The notes below the pieces were generated by a model that had not been told where the DNA came from, did not search any database, and saw only the letters and a program-made list of their open reading frames with translations. A DNA stretch of 64,000 nt from NCBI GenBank assembly GCA_963662465.1, contig OY759599.1, positions 5,024,001 through 5,088,000 of the forward strand. The letters run 5' to 3'. Every line of letters begins with the position of its first letter. Within the stretch, counting starts at the first letter, position 1. Below, one piece after another: positions 53,449 through 62,583 of the stretch. The DNA is from Desulfatiglandales bacterium. Lineage in GTDB: Bacteria; Desulfobacterota; DSM-4660; Desulfatiglandales; Desulfatiglandaceae. The translations under genes and the position numbers were made by a program.

Positions 53449-56400
53449 GTGGAAAAAGAACAGATTGAACAGCTTAAAAAGGGCTTCGCGGACGGTAATT
53501 TCGGCGATGTGATGGTTGTAGGCGGTGGGGTCAGCGGTATTCAAGCATCGCTGGACCTTGCCACTGCCGGTTTTAAGGTCTACCTGGTGGAAAAATCGCC
53601 CAGCATCGGGGGCCATATGGCCCAGCTGGATAAGACCTTTCCCACCAATGATTGCTCCATGTGAATACTTTCTCCTAAACTGGTCGAGGTCGGCCGGCAT
53701 CCGAACATAGAAGTTCTCACCTATACGGAAGTTGATGGCGTGGAGGGAAGGGCGGGAGACTTCAACGTCGCCCTGATCAAGAAACCCCGATATATCATCG
53801 AGGAAAAATGCACGGGTTGTACGACCTGCGCCGAATACTGTCCGGTGCAATACCCGGATCAATTCAATCAGGACATATCGGAGAACAAAGCCGTCCATAT
53901 CTACTTTGCCCAGGCGGTCCCCCTGATCGCCTATATTGATGAAACCTGTCTTTACCTGAAAGAGAAGAAATGCGCCATTTGTGAAAACGTCTGTCAGGCC
54001 GGCGCCATTGATCTCCATCAAAAGCCGGAGAAGGTAACCGTCAACGTGGGGGCTATCATTTTAGCGCTCGGCATTGAGCCCTTTGACCCCAGGGTCAGGG
54101 AAGAATATCGCTATGGACAGTTTGCAAACGTGGTCACCAGCATGGACTACGAACGGCTGTTATGCGCGACGGGGCCCTACGGCGGGGAGATACGGCGTGC
54201 TTCAGACCTGGAACATCCCCATAAAATTGCCTGGATCAGCTGCGTGGGCTCCAGACGGGTGACCGAAGGGAACAACAGCTACTGCTCCGGCGTATGCTGC
54301 ACCTATGCCCAGAAACATGTGATCTTAACCAAGGACCATGACCCCGAGGCCGAGTGTACCATATTTCACAACGATATTCGCTCCTTCGGCAAGGATTTTG
54401 AGCGATACCACCAACGAACCGAGCAACTCCCCGGGATTCGATTTATCAGAAGCTACACCTCCATCACCCAAGAGGACCCGGAAACCAAGAATGTCACGGT
54501 GCGATACGCAACCCCCAAAGATGGCGTCAAAGAAGAAGAATTCAATATGGTGGTATTATCCGTTGGGCTGAATCCCCCCAAGGATTTTCAGGGCCTGGCG
54601 GAAAAATTCGGCATTGAACTGGAATCTCACAATTTTTGCAAACTCAATCCCACAAATCCCCTGGAAACCACCCGGCCCGGCATCTTTGTGAGCGGCGCCT
54701 TCCAGGGACCCATCGATATTCCCGAGTCGGTGTTCAGTGCCAGCGGCGCCGGCGCCCAGTGCGGCCAACTTCTGGATTACCGGCGCGGAAAACTTTCCAG
54801 GGAAAGGATATATCCCCCTGAACGGGATGTGTCCCAGGAAGAACCCAGGATCGGGGTCTTCGTGTGCCATTGCGGGTCCAATATCGGGAGCGTCGTGAAT
54901 GTTCCCTCAGTCGTTGAATATGCCCTGACCCTCCCCCATGTGGTCTATGCCCAGGAACAGCTGTTTTCATGCGCAACCAATTCCGCTCAGGAAATAACGG
55001 ACATTACCAAAGAAAAAGGGCTCAATCGCGTGGTGGTGGCCGCCTGCTCCCCAAGGACCCTGGAACCGCTCTTTCGGGACACCGTCCGAGAAGCAGGCAT
55101 CAACCAGTATTACTACGACATGGCCAATATCCGGGAACATTGCTCCTGGTGCCATTCCAAGGAAAAGGAAGCAGCAACGCAAAAGGCAAAGGATATTACC
55201 CGCATGTCGGTGGCCCGCGCCTGCCTTCTGGAACCATTGCAGGAATTTGACCTGCCGGTGGATAGAAGGGCACTGGTGGTGGGCGGCGGCATCGCCGGCA
55301 TGACCTGCGCGCTCTCCATCGCCGCCCAGGAGGATCATGAGGTTTATCTGATTGAAAAAGATAAAGATCTCGGGGGCATGGTTAGAAAAATTTACACCAC
55401 GCTCGAAGGTCTGGATGTTCAGGCCTATTTGCGTGATCTGGTGCAGAAGGTTTACCTGAACCCCTTGATCCATGTGTATACGGATGCCGAAATTATAGAA
55501 GCGACCGGTTATGTGGGGAATTTTGTCACTCAGATAAAATCCGACAGAGGGCTTACAGAGATCAAGCATGGCGTGGCCGTCATCGCAACGGGGGCCGATG
55601 TATATGAACCCACCGAATACCTCTACGGCGAAGACGACCGGGTGCTGACCCAGCTCGATTTGGAAGACCGAATTGCCAAGAAAGACGAAAAGGTCCTTAA
55701 AGCCGAGACCCTGGTGATGATCCAATGCGTCGGCTGCAGAAATGAGGACCGGAATTACTGCTCCCGCATCTGCTGCGGCAATGCTGTTAAAAACGCCCTG
55801 AAACTGAAAGAGATCAACCCGGAGATGGATATCTATATCCTCTTTCGGGATATGAGGACCTATGGGTTCAGCGAGGATTATTACCGGGAAGCCTCCAATA
55901 AGGATGTGAAGTTCATCCGCTGGGAACCGGAAAATCAGCCGCAAGTGGAAGCGGTTACCGAGGCGGGCAAACCCGTTTTAAGGGTCGCCGTGACCGATGA
56001 AGTTTTAGGTCAACAGCTTGGCATAGACGCCGATTGCCTCGTTTTGGCCGCCGCTGTGATCCCCTCCGCATCAACCAAAGAAATCGCCGGTCAATTCAAG
56101 GTGACTTTGAGCCCGGATGGCTTTTTTAAGGAAGCCCACGCCAAATTGAGACCGGTCGAGTTTGCCGCGGATGGCGTTTATCTATGTGGAATGGCCCACT
56201 ATCCGAAAACCATATCGGAGACCATCAACCAGGCGTATGGAGCCGCGGGCCGGGTCTTAACACTTCTTTCACACGATACGGTTGTTGCATCCGGTTCCGT
56301 TTGCGAGGTAGATGAAAAGAGGTGCATGGGGTGTGGGGCATGTGCCTCAGTTTGTACCTACGGCGCCATTGAATTGCGGAAAACAAAACTGGGTCATAAG

Positions 56401-56574
56401 GCCGTCATTAATCCGGTCCTCTGCAAAGGGGATGGCCTCTGCAACACCAAGTGTCCGACGGGCGCTATTTTTCTGAAACACTTTACCGATGAAGCGCTCT
56501 TAAGTCAAATCGATGCGGCCTTTCCAGCGGAAGAGAGCAACCAACCCATGAATGCGGCTGTGGGAGATGTGTAA
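53449..56574 (+). CDS. bamE: BamE (HdrA-like two-FAD flavoprotein), predicted selenoprotein (UGA 53662-53664)
   Basis: ORFs 53449 and 53740 are in one frame joined by [27 protein letters not shown]; paralogue hdrA has Cys at this site. Confidence 0.9.
53680..53697 (+). promoter_or_regulatory. Putative SECIS hairpin (bamE)
   Basis: CUGGUCG-AGGU-CGGCCGG 7-bp stem (with G-U pairs) 15 nt after UGA. Confidence 0.6.
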
Positions 56575-56622
56575 ACGTACACAAACAAATAAAGCCGGGA
56601 TTACACAAACGAGGGGAAAAAG

Positions 56623-57465
56623 ATGAGTACGGGACTGAAATTTAAACCTAAAATTTTGGGTTTTGTATGCCATTGGTGAGCATACGGCGCCGCAGACATG
56701 GCTGGAGTTTCCAGACTACAATATGCAAGTGAAATGAGGCTTATCCGCGTCATGTGTTCCGGCAGGGTCGACCTGGAGTTTGTACTCAGAGCCTTCTCTA
56801 ATGGAACGGATGCTGTTTTTATCGGTGGCTGTCATCTGGGTGAATGCAACTATGTGACCCATGGCAACTTCCACACCCTGAACATGGTCCTTTTATGCCG
56901 GAAGATCATGGAACATATCGGGCTTAATCCCGAAAGGTTGCGCATTAAATTCATGTCCGCCGGGGATGGGATTCCATTCGCCCAAATGATGAGTGAGTTC
57001 ATCGCCAAGGTAAAAGAGTTGGGTCCCCTTGGCCATGGCGAAGCTGAAGACATAGACCGAGACGCATTAAAATCAAAAATTGCGGAAGTAACCAAGCTGA
57101 TCCCCTACATTAAGATAGCAAAAAGGGAAAAGCTGGCGTCGCGTCTTGAAAATAAAGAAGACTATGAGGGACTTTTTACCAAGGACGAGATCAAGGAATT
57201 ATTTCGTGACGTCGTCTCCTACTATATTGACCCGGAAAAATGCAAAGCCTGTATGACGTGCGCCAGGAGATGCCCCGTAGAAGCGATCATCAGTGCAAAG
57301 AACCGGATTCATGTGATCGCCCAGGAGAAATGCATCAAATGCGGCACCTGCTTCGAGGCCTGCCCGCCTAAATTCGGCGCCGTAACGAAGATTATCGGCG
57401 AACCGGTTCCGCCGCCTCTTCCCGAGGAAAAAAGAATTATCGTCAAAAAAAGTCGAAAGAAATAG
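56623..57465 (+). CDS. bamF: BamF (MvhD domain plus C-terminal 2x[4Fe-4S]), predicted selenoprotein (UGA 56677-56679)
   Basis: ATG 56623 gives MSTGLKFKPKILGFVCHW-UGA-AYGAADMAG in frame with ORF 56698; VMCSGRV, GCHLGEC. Confidence 0.9.
56680..56726 (+). promoter_or_regulatory. Putative SECIS hairpin (bamF)
   Basis: GCATA...TATGC basal stem with apical CTGGA-GTT-TCCAG. Confidence 0.55.
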
Positions 57466-57509
57466 AATGGATCCGTTTTTATATGACCCCTGAAGAGAAA
57501 GGAGGCCCC

Positions 57510-57962
57510 ATGAACAAGCGTACGATTAACATCAGGCTCATGAAGGCTGACGATTTTGACGCCGTGGTTGCCATTGACGAAAAAGTACTTAAGACTTCCC
57601 GGCCGGAGTACTATGAAGTGAAGTTTGAAAAGCTTCTTAAATCCGAGGATTATTTGCCCGCGTCCCTTGTGGCGGAAAAAGAAGATGGAACGGTCGTGGG
57701 GTTTGTCATGGGTGAGATCTATATGGGTGAATTCGGCCTCTTCCAGGAAGAAGCAAGCCTCGATACCATCGGTGTTGATCCGGATTGCCGGCATCAGGGG
57801 ATCGGCGAACAGTTGATTACGGAGTTCATGGATCATTTGAGAAGCGTCGGCGTTCAAAAGATTAATACATTGGTTGACTGGAATGATTCCAAACTGATCC
57901 ATTTCTTCAGTTCAAACCAATTCAGTCCCTCTAAAACCATTAACCTGGAACGAATCCTTTGA
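57510..57962 (+). CDS. GNAT-family N-acetyltransferase
   Basis: IGVDPDCRHQGIG acetyl-CoA motif A; GGAGG before ATG 57510. Confidence 0.9.
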   Translation: MNKRTINIRLMKADDFDAVVAIDEKVLKTSRPEYYEVKFEKLLKSEDYLPASLVAEKEDGTVVGFVMGEIYMGEFGLFQEEASLDTIGVDPDCRHQGIGEQLITEFMDHLRSVGVQKINTLVDWNDSKLIHFFSSNQFSPSKTINLERIL

Positions 57963-57963
57963 C

Positions 57964-58674
57964 TTGTCCATGACGGACAGCAACATATTACAGCCCGTTG
58001 AATTGATCCAAATGAACGGCGGCTGCAAGCGAGCCACCGAACGTATCATCCGGGAGACGGCACTGACGCTCCGCGTCAACGGTGAGTACTATGTCACGGC
58101 CATGATTATGGCCGGCATGGAGCGGGAATTTACCGTCGGGCATCTCTTCTCCCGGGGAACCATCTCCAGCGCCTCGGACATTGCGTCGGTTACAATCACC
58201 GGAACAACGATCGAGATAACGCTTTTCGCCACGAAGAAACCCCGACAAAGGTCGGAGCCGGTAGACTCCAACCTTGTCGTGGACTACGATGACGTGTTTA
58301 TCTGCGTCAAAGCTATCTTGAAATCCGAAATCTTCGCCGAAACGGAAGCGGTGCATTCCGCCGGGTTATTCCTGGAAGGGCGCAAACCCGTTGCCATTAC
58401 TGAAGACTTGGGCCGCCACCATGCCCTGGATAAAGTCATCGGCGCGGCCCTGCTTAAAGGCATTGATTTAACCAGGGTTTTGGCCGCCTCCACCGGTCGT
58501 CAGCCCACGGAAATGATTTATAAATGCCGCAACGCCGGCATTCCCATCATTGCCACCAAAGGCGTCCCCACTACACTGGCGGTGATGCTGGCGGAAAAAA
58601 GCGGCATCACCATCGCCGGGCTGGTTCGCGGTTCAAAAATGGTCGTCTACTCACACCCGGAGCGGATACAATGA
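57964..58674 (+). CDS. FdhD/NarQ-family protein 1 (no CxxC loop)
   Basis: TEAVHSAG, EDLGRHHALDKVIG, STGR; start may be ATG 57970. Confidence 0.88.
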   Translation: MSMTDSNILQPVELIQMNGGCKRATERIIRETALTLRVNGEYYVTAMIMAGMEREFTVGHLFSRGTISSASDIASVTITGTTIEITLFATKKPRQRSEPVDSNLVVDYDDVFICVKAILKSEIFAETEAVHSAGLFLEGRKPVAITEDLGRHHALDKVIGAALLKGIDLTRVLAASTGRQPTEMIYKCRNAGIPIIATKGVPTTLAVMLAEKSGITIAGLVRGSKMVVYSHPERIQ

Positions 58675-59492
58675 GTATTCAACCCACATCCATCAAAATA
58701 CCCAGCCGTCAGCTCCGGGAGGGACGATTCGATAACGCGGCGCCATCCGTTGTCATCGAGCGTGAACTACAGATCATCTTAAATGGAACCCCCCTCGCCA
58801 CAGCATCGCTCATGCCGGGCATGGAAAAAGAATTCGTGACCGGCTACCTCTTCGGGCAAGGTTTCATTACAACCCCTCAAGACATTTCATTTCTCATCAT
58901 TAACGAGACGTCAGCCGTCGTGACGCTTCGGAACACCGCCGCTCCAGCCCCTGCCGTCACCGCCTATCGTATCGTATCCGGGGGCGGTATTACCGCTTTT
59001 GCCAACGATATCCTTCCGGAAATCCGGTCAGAAATCATTTTGCAAAAAGACGCCGTGTTCCAGGCCATGAACAGGCTCTTCCAAATCGCCACCGTCTACA
59101 AGGAAACGGAGGGCGCTCACGCTGCCGGCATATTCACGCCTGAAGCAGAACCGGTCTGCATCGTTGAAGACATCGGGCGGCATAACTGCCTGGACAAGGC
59201 CATCGGCTACGCGCTTTTGCATAACATCGATTGCGGTTGCCATTTTATTGTTTCCACCGGCCGCATGACGTCGGAGATGGTAACCAAACTATGCCGGGCC
59301 GGTTTTCCGGTGGTCGCCACCAAGACGGCGGTGACAGACAAGGGGCGTGAGACCGCCCTCGCCTGTGGGATAACGCTGATCGGTTTTGTCCGAGATACCG
59401 GCACGAGAATACACACGGACATGGACGTACGAGTCGTCAAGGACCGGGGAATGAAAATCTATACCGGCCCAAAACGGATCGCGGGCTCATAA
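58671..59492 (+). CDS. FdhD/NarQ-family protein 2 (SGGG in place of the Cys motif)
   Basis: TEGAHAAG, EDIGRHNCLDKAIG, STGR; ATGA coupling to the upstream paralogue. Confidence 0.88.
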   Translation: MSIQPTSIKIPSRQLREGRFDNAAPSVVIERELQIILNGTPLATASLMPGMEKEFVTGYLFGQGFITTPQDISFLIINETSAVVTLRNTAAPAPAVTAYRIVSGGGITAFANDILPEIRSEIILQKDAVFQAMNRLFQIATVYKETEGAHAAGIFTPEAEPVCIVEDIGRHNCLDKAIGYALLHNIDCGCHFIVSTGRMTSEMVTKLCRAGFPVVATKTAVTDKGRETALACGITLIGFVRDTGTRIHTDMDVRVVKDRGMKIYTGPKRIAGS

Positions 59493-60870
59493 TTTGATTT
59501 TCAGTTTTCAGCGGCGAAAGAAACTGATTCCGATCGCCATAATGACATTTGGTCAGCATGATATTCAGGATGGCCGGATCCATGCCCCCGAGACCCAATT
59601 GGACGAGCTTGCCCAGGTTGCCCATGGTCTCTTCCGGGCTCTTTGCGATGATACCGTCAACCGGTTTGACAACGACGCCCTGCAGGGCCATGAGGGCGCT
59701 CTTGACCCCCGAAGAAACGGCTTCGCCAACCTTGAGCGCGCAGCTGGTTTTGGCGCCGTCGCATAAAAGCGTGGCGGTGTTTTCAATATGGTTTTTGATG
59801 GCCCCCCCGATTTTTTCCACCGTTCCGCCCAGTAAGTGGGTAATTCCGGCCGCAACACCGGCGCCTCCGGCGACGGCACTGCCGCAAAGAGGTCCTATTC
59901 TTCCCGCCAGGGTCTTGATGTAGCAGGTCACGAGATAACTCAGGGCAATGGATTTGATGAGCAGCCGTTTATCCTCGATGGTGGCAAATTCGCTTGCCGC
60001 CACAATGGGCGTCCCCGCTGCAATCCCCTGATTGCCGCTCCCCGCCAGGGTCATGGCCGGCAGCATGACCCCGCCCATGCGGGCATCGATCCCCGCTGCG
60101 GCAAACATGCCGCCGGCGAGTGCCATATCATTTTTAAGAAGCCCCTGGCGCAGCAGACTTTGCTGGGTTTTGCCCACCCCGAGCCCCGGACCATGGGAAA
60201 GACCATATCCGACCAGCGCCATATTGAGATCGATTCCCCGTTGAATATAGTCGGCGCCGTCTCTGTCCAAATCATTGGCCAAATCCACCATCGCTTCGAG
60301 CGTAAGGGATGTGAGCCAGGGTTCCAGGTCTTCAACGCTCAAATCCTCGTTTCCCATGCCCTTCAGAAACGGGTGGTCCTGCTGAGGATGACCGTCCATA
60401 CTGAGGGATTCGATGTGGTCGTGTCGTCCTGTGATGACGGCTTCCGCCGTATGCCCGCCGGCCTTGACAAGCGTTTGAACATAGAGACCTTCACACCCCT
60501 CTTGAATCCCGGCTGAAACCTTGCCGTCCTTCAACAGGGCCTGTGCATCCGCTATCCCTTGATGGTCAATGGTTGCGAATACCTGGAGGCGGTTTTCCGG
60601 GTTTCCGGCAACTGCCCCCATGGCCGCGGCCAGAGGGATGCCGCTTTGGCCTCCGGAACCGGGAATGATGACGCCCATGGCATTTTTGTAGATGTTGGGA
60701 TCCGTGGCAACGGTAATGGATTCGATGCTCGCTTCCCCTAAAAGTGCGGCCGCGGCCGCCGCGCAAAGTCCGATGGCGGCGGGTTCCGTACACCCCAGCC
60801 CCGGATCGGTTTCAATATGCAAGAGGTGCCTTGCCTTGTTGTGAAGGATGTCTTTGAGTGTGAAACCCAT
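59437..60870 (-). CDS. Serine dehydratase alpha-family / L-cysteine desulfidase-like protein (UPF0597, CyuA/YhaM type)
   Basis: LGCTEP, IYKNAMGV, DARMGG, GSGNQG, CDGAKTSCALK. Confidence 0.85.
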   Translation of the reverse strand: MGFTLKDILHNKARHLLHIETDPGLGCTEPAAIGLCAAAAAALLGEASIESITVATDPNIYKNAMGVIIPGSGGQSGIPLAAAMGAVAGNPENRLQVFATIDHQGIADAQALLKDGKVSAGIQEGCEGLYVQTLVKAGGHTAEAVITGRHDHIESLSMDGHPQQDHPFLKGMGNEDLSVEDLEPWLTSLTLEAMVDLANDLDRDGADYIQRGIDLNMALVGYGLSHGPGLGVGKTQQSLLRQGLLKNDMALAGGMFAAAGIDARMGGVMLPAMTLAGSGNQGIAAGTPIVAASEFATIEDKRLLIKSIALSYLVTCYIKTLAGRIGPLCGSAVAGGAGVAAGITHLLGGTVEKIGGAIKNHIENTATLLCDGAKTSCALKVGEAVSSGVKSALMALQGVVVKPVDGIIAKSPEETMGNLGKLVQLGLGGMDPAILNIMLTKCHYGDRNQFLSPLKTENQIMSPRSVLGRYRFSFPGP

Positions 60871-60982
60871 AATTTGCCTCCCGGTGTTGATGATCGGCCC
60901 AAGATGCGTATTTCGAAGGGGCCGAATTGGATTTTAAAAAGGATTTTAGAATAGCGCTTTTTGTTTCCTTATTTGGAAGGGT

Positions 60983-61396
60983 TCATACCGTGGCTTCCAA
61001 TCTCAACCGGTTGGCTTTGATGCCGGAGCGTGACCAATGCTCCTCAACGGACTGGATAAACGCCGGGCGAACCAGTTTGGCCCTCTGCTCCAGCCAATCT
61101 TCCTGGTTAACACGTAGATATAGACCCTCCGCAAGTTCTTTGCTCAGTTGTGATTGAGAAAGAAGTTTTTGGACCCCTGAGAATGAAAAGTGACCTTTCC
61201 CTAACATGGGTACCCGGGAAATCTCAAGTACTCTAAAAATTTGATCCCGTCTTGAACAGGAAAAGAATTTCGCGGTGTTTTTGTCAAAAATATCGAAACC
61301 CAAAAACCAGTCCGGCAATCGATCATAGAAGACAGAGTGCCGTGCGTAGCACCATTCACCGAAAAGGATATATCGGTTCGCAATCTGATCAAAATG
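60983..61396 (-). pseudogene. RNA-ligase-family nucleotidyltransferase, C-terminal fragment truncated by the mobile element
   Basis: RYILFGEWCYARHS.FYD.LP..F..FDIFD, EGLYLR, RAKLVR; no motif I (KxDG); upstream part of the ORF is element sequence. Confidence 0.75.
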
Positions 61397-61397
61397 G

Positions 61398-62442
61398 AAT
61401 GGGGTCAAGTCCGCTCTTGACCTGTTTGAGATGAAGTGATATTTAAGAAACATTATGGCCCGTCCTCTTCGCATAGAATATCCGGATGCCTGGTACCATG
61501 TCATGAACCGTGGGAGACGTGGGGAGGCAATATTTGCGGATACGCCGGATTATGCCATGTTTACGGAGTTACTGCAGGAAACTTCGGAAATGTGGAACAT
61601 CCGAATTGCAGCCTATTGCCTTATGCCAAATCATTACCATATGCTGGTCCAAACTCCTGAAGCGAACATTTCTAGAAGCATGCGGCATTTGAACGGAGTC
61701 TATACCCAGAGATACAACAGCCGCCACCGATGCGATGGGCCGCTTTTCCGAGGGCGTTATAAATCTATCCTCATCGACACAGACTCTTATCTGCTGCAAG
61801 CAGTTCGATATATTCACCGGAACCCATTGGAAGCGGGATTGACAGACAAGATGGATTCCTATCCATGGAGTAGTCATCAAGGATATTTATCCGTCGCTAA
61901 AAATTGGGACTGGCTGTTTAAAGGACCGATTTTATCGGTGATATCCCAAAACAGAAAGGATTGGTTACGCAATTACAGGAGGTGGGTGTCGGTTGATGAA
62001 GGGGGCGAAGTCAGCGAAAAGCTGGGCGCGAAAAGCTGGCCGGTGTGTTTGGGCTCCCAGGCATTTATTGATCGGATCAAACAGAAATACGGCAAAGAAA
62101 AAATCAATAAGGATGTACCATCGAGCAGAGAATTGTCACCGGATTACAAACGAATTGTTGAAGGGGTGTGCAAGGCCTACGAAACGACAGCGGCGGAAGT
62201 TTTAAAAATGCAGCGAGGCAAGATGAATGAACCCCGTAATGCTGCCATATATCTATCCAGAAAGCTCAGACGAGACACATTGAAAGAAATCGGCTTAAAG
62301 TTTGGTATCGACAATGATTCTACCGTCAGCAGTGTAATGGGGCGGGTAAAAAAGAGACTTGAAAATGACCGGGGTTTTTCTCGTCGGTTGAATGAAATCG
62401 CAGAGTCAATTCAATCAAGCCAAGAGCGGACTTGACCCCATT
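61398..62442 (+). mobile_element. HUH (Y1/RAYT-like) element bounded by 22-bp terminal inverted repeats
   Basis: AATGGGGTCAAGTCCGCTCTTG 61398-61419 and its exact reverse complement 62421-62442 enclose the transposase. Confidence 0.85.
61455..62435 (+). CDS. RAYT/IS200-like Y1 HUH transposase with C-terminal DnaA-like HTH
   Basis: YHVMNRG, LMPNHYH, LFRGRY, RYIHRNP, YPWSS; C-terminal TLKEIG..FG....STV. Confidence 0.92.
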   Translation: MARPLRIEYPDAWYHVMNRGRRGEAIFADTPDYAMFTELLQETSEMWNIRIAAYCLMPNHYHMLVQTPEANISRSMRHLNGVYTQRYNSRHRCDGPLFRGRYKSILIDTDSYLLQAVRYIHRNPLEAGLTDKMDSYPWSSHQGYLSVAKNWDWLFKGPILSVISQNRKDWLRNYRRWVSVDEGGEVSEKLGAKSWPVCLGSQAFIDRIKQKYGKEKINKDVPSSRELSPDYKRIVEGVCKAYETTAAEVLKMQRGKMNEPRNAAIYLSRKLRRDTLKEIGLKFGIDNDSTVSSVMGRVKKRLENDRGFSRRLNEIAESIQSSQERT

Positions 62443-62456
62443 TATGACCCCATTTA

Positions 62457-62583
62457 CTGGCGGGAAAGTTCAACGGCCTTGAGGGAGTCCATGGACGGGC
62501 TTTTTGAAATGCTGGAAAGAGAGGTTCCAGGGATGGCACGGATTACCGGGGATCCAGAAGTTCGACCAGGAGGAGAGAAATGA
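62457..62583 (+). pseudogene. C-terminal remnant of a gene, possibly a type I R-M methyltransferase (HsdM-like tail)
   Basis: WRESSTALRESMDGLFEMLE...; stop overlaps the next ATG (ATGA); identity recalled, not verified. Confidence 0.4.

Noticed and set aside
54967..55944. 325-aa minus-strand ORF and similar ORFs opposite hdrA/bamE
   Set aside because: Antisense to well-supported genes; no recognisable domains.
47280..57465. Pseudogene calls for mvhD, bamE and bamF
   Set aside because: Each break is a single in-frame UGA at a conserved Cys with intact flanking frames and a hairpin; selenocysteine is more parsimonious.
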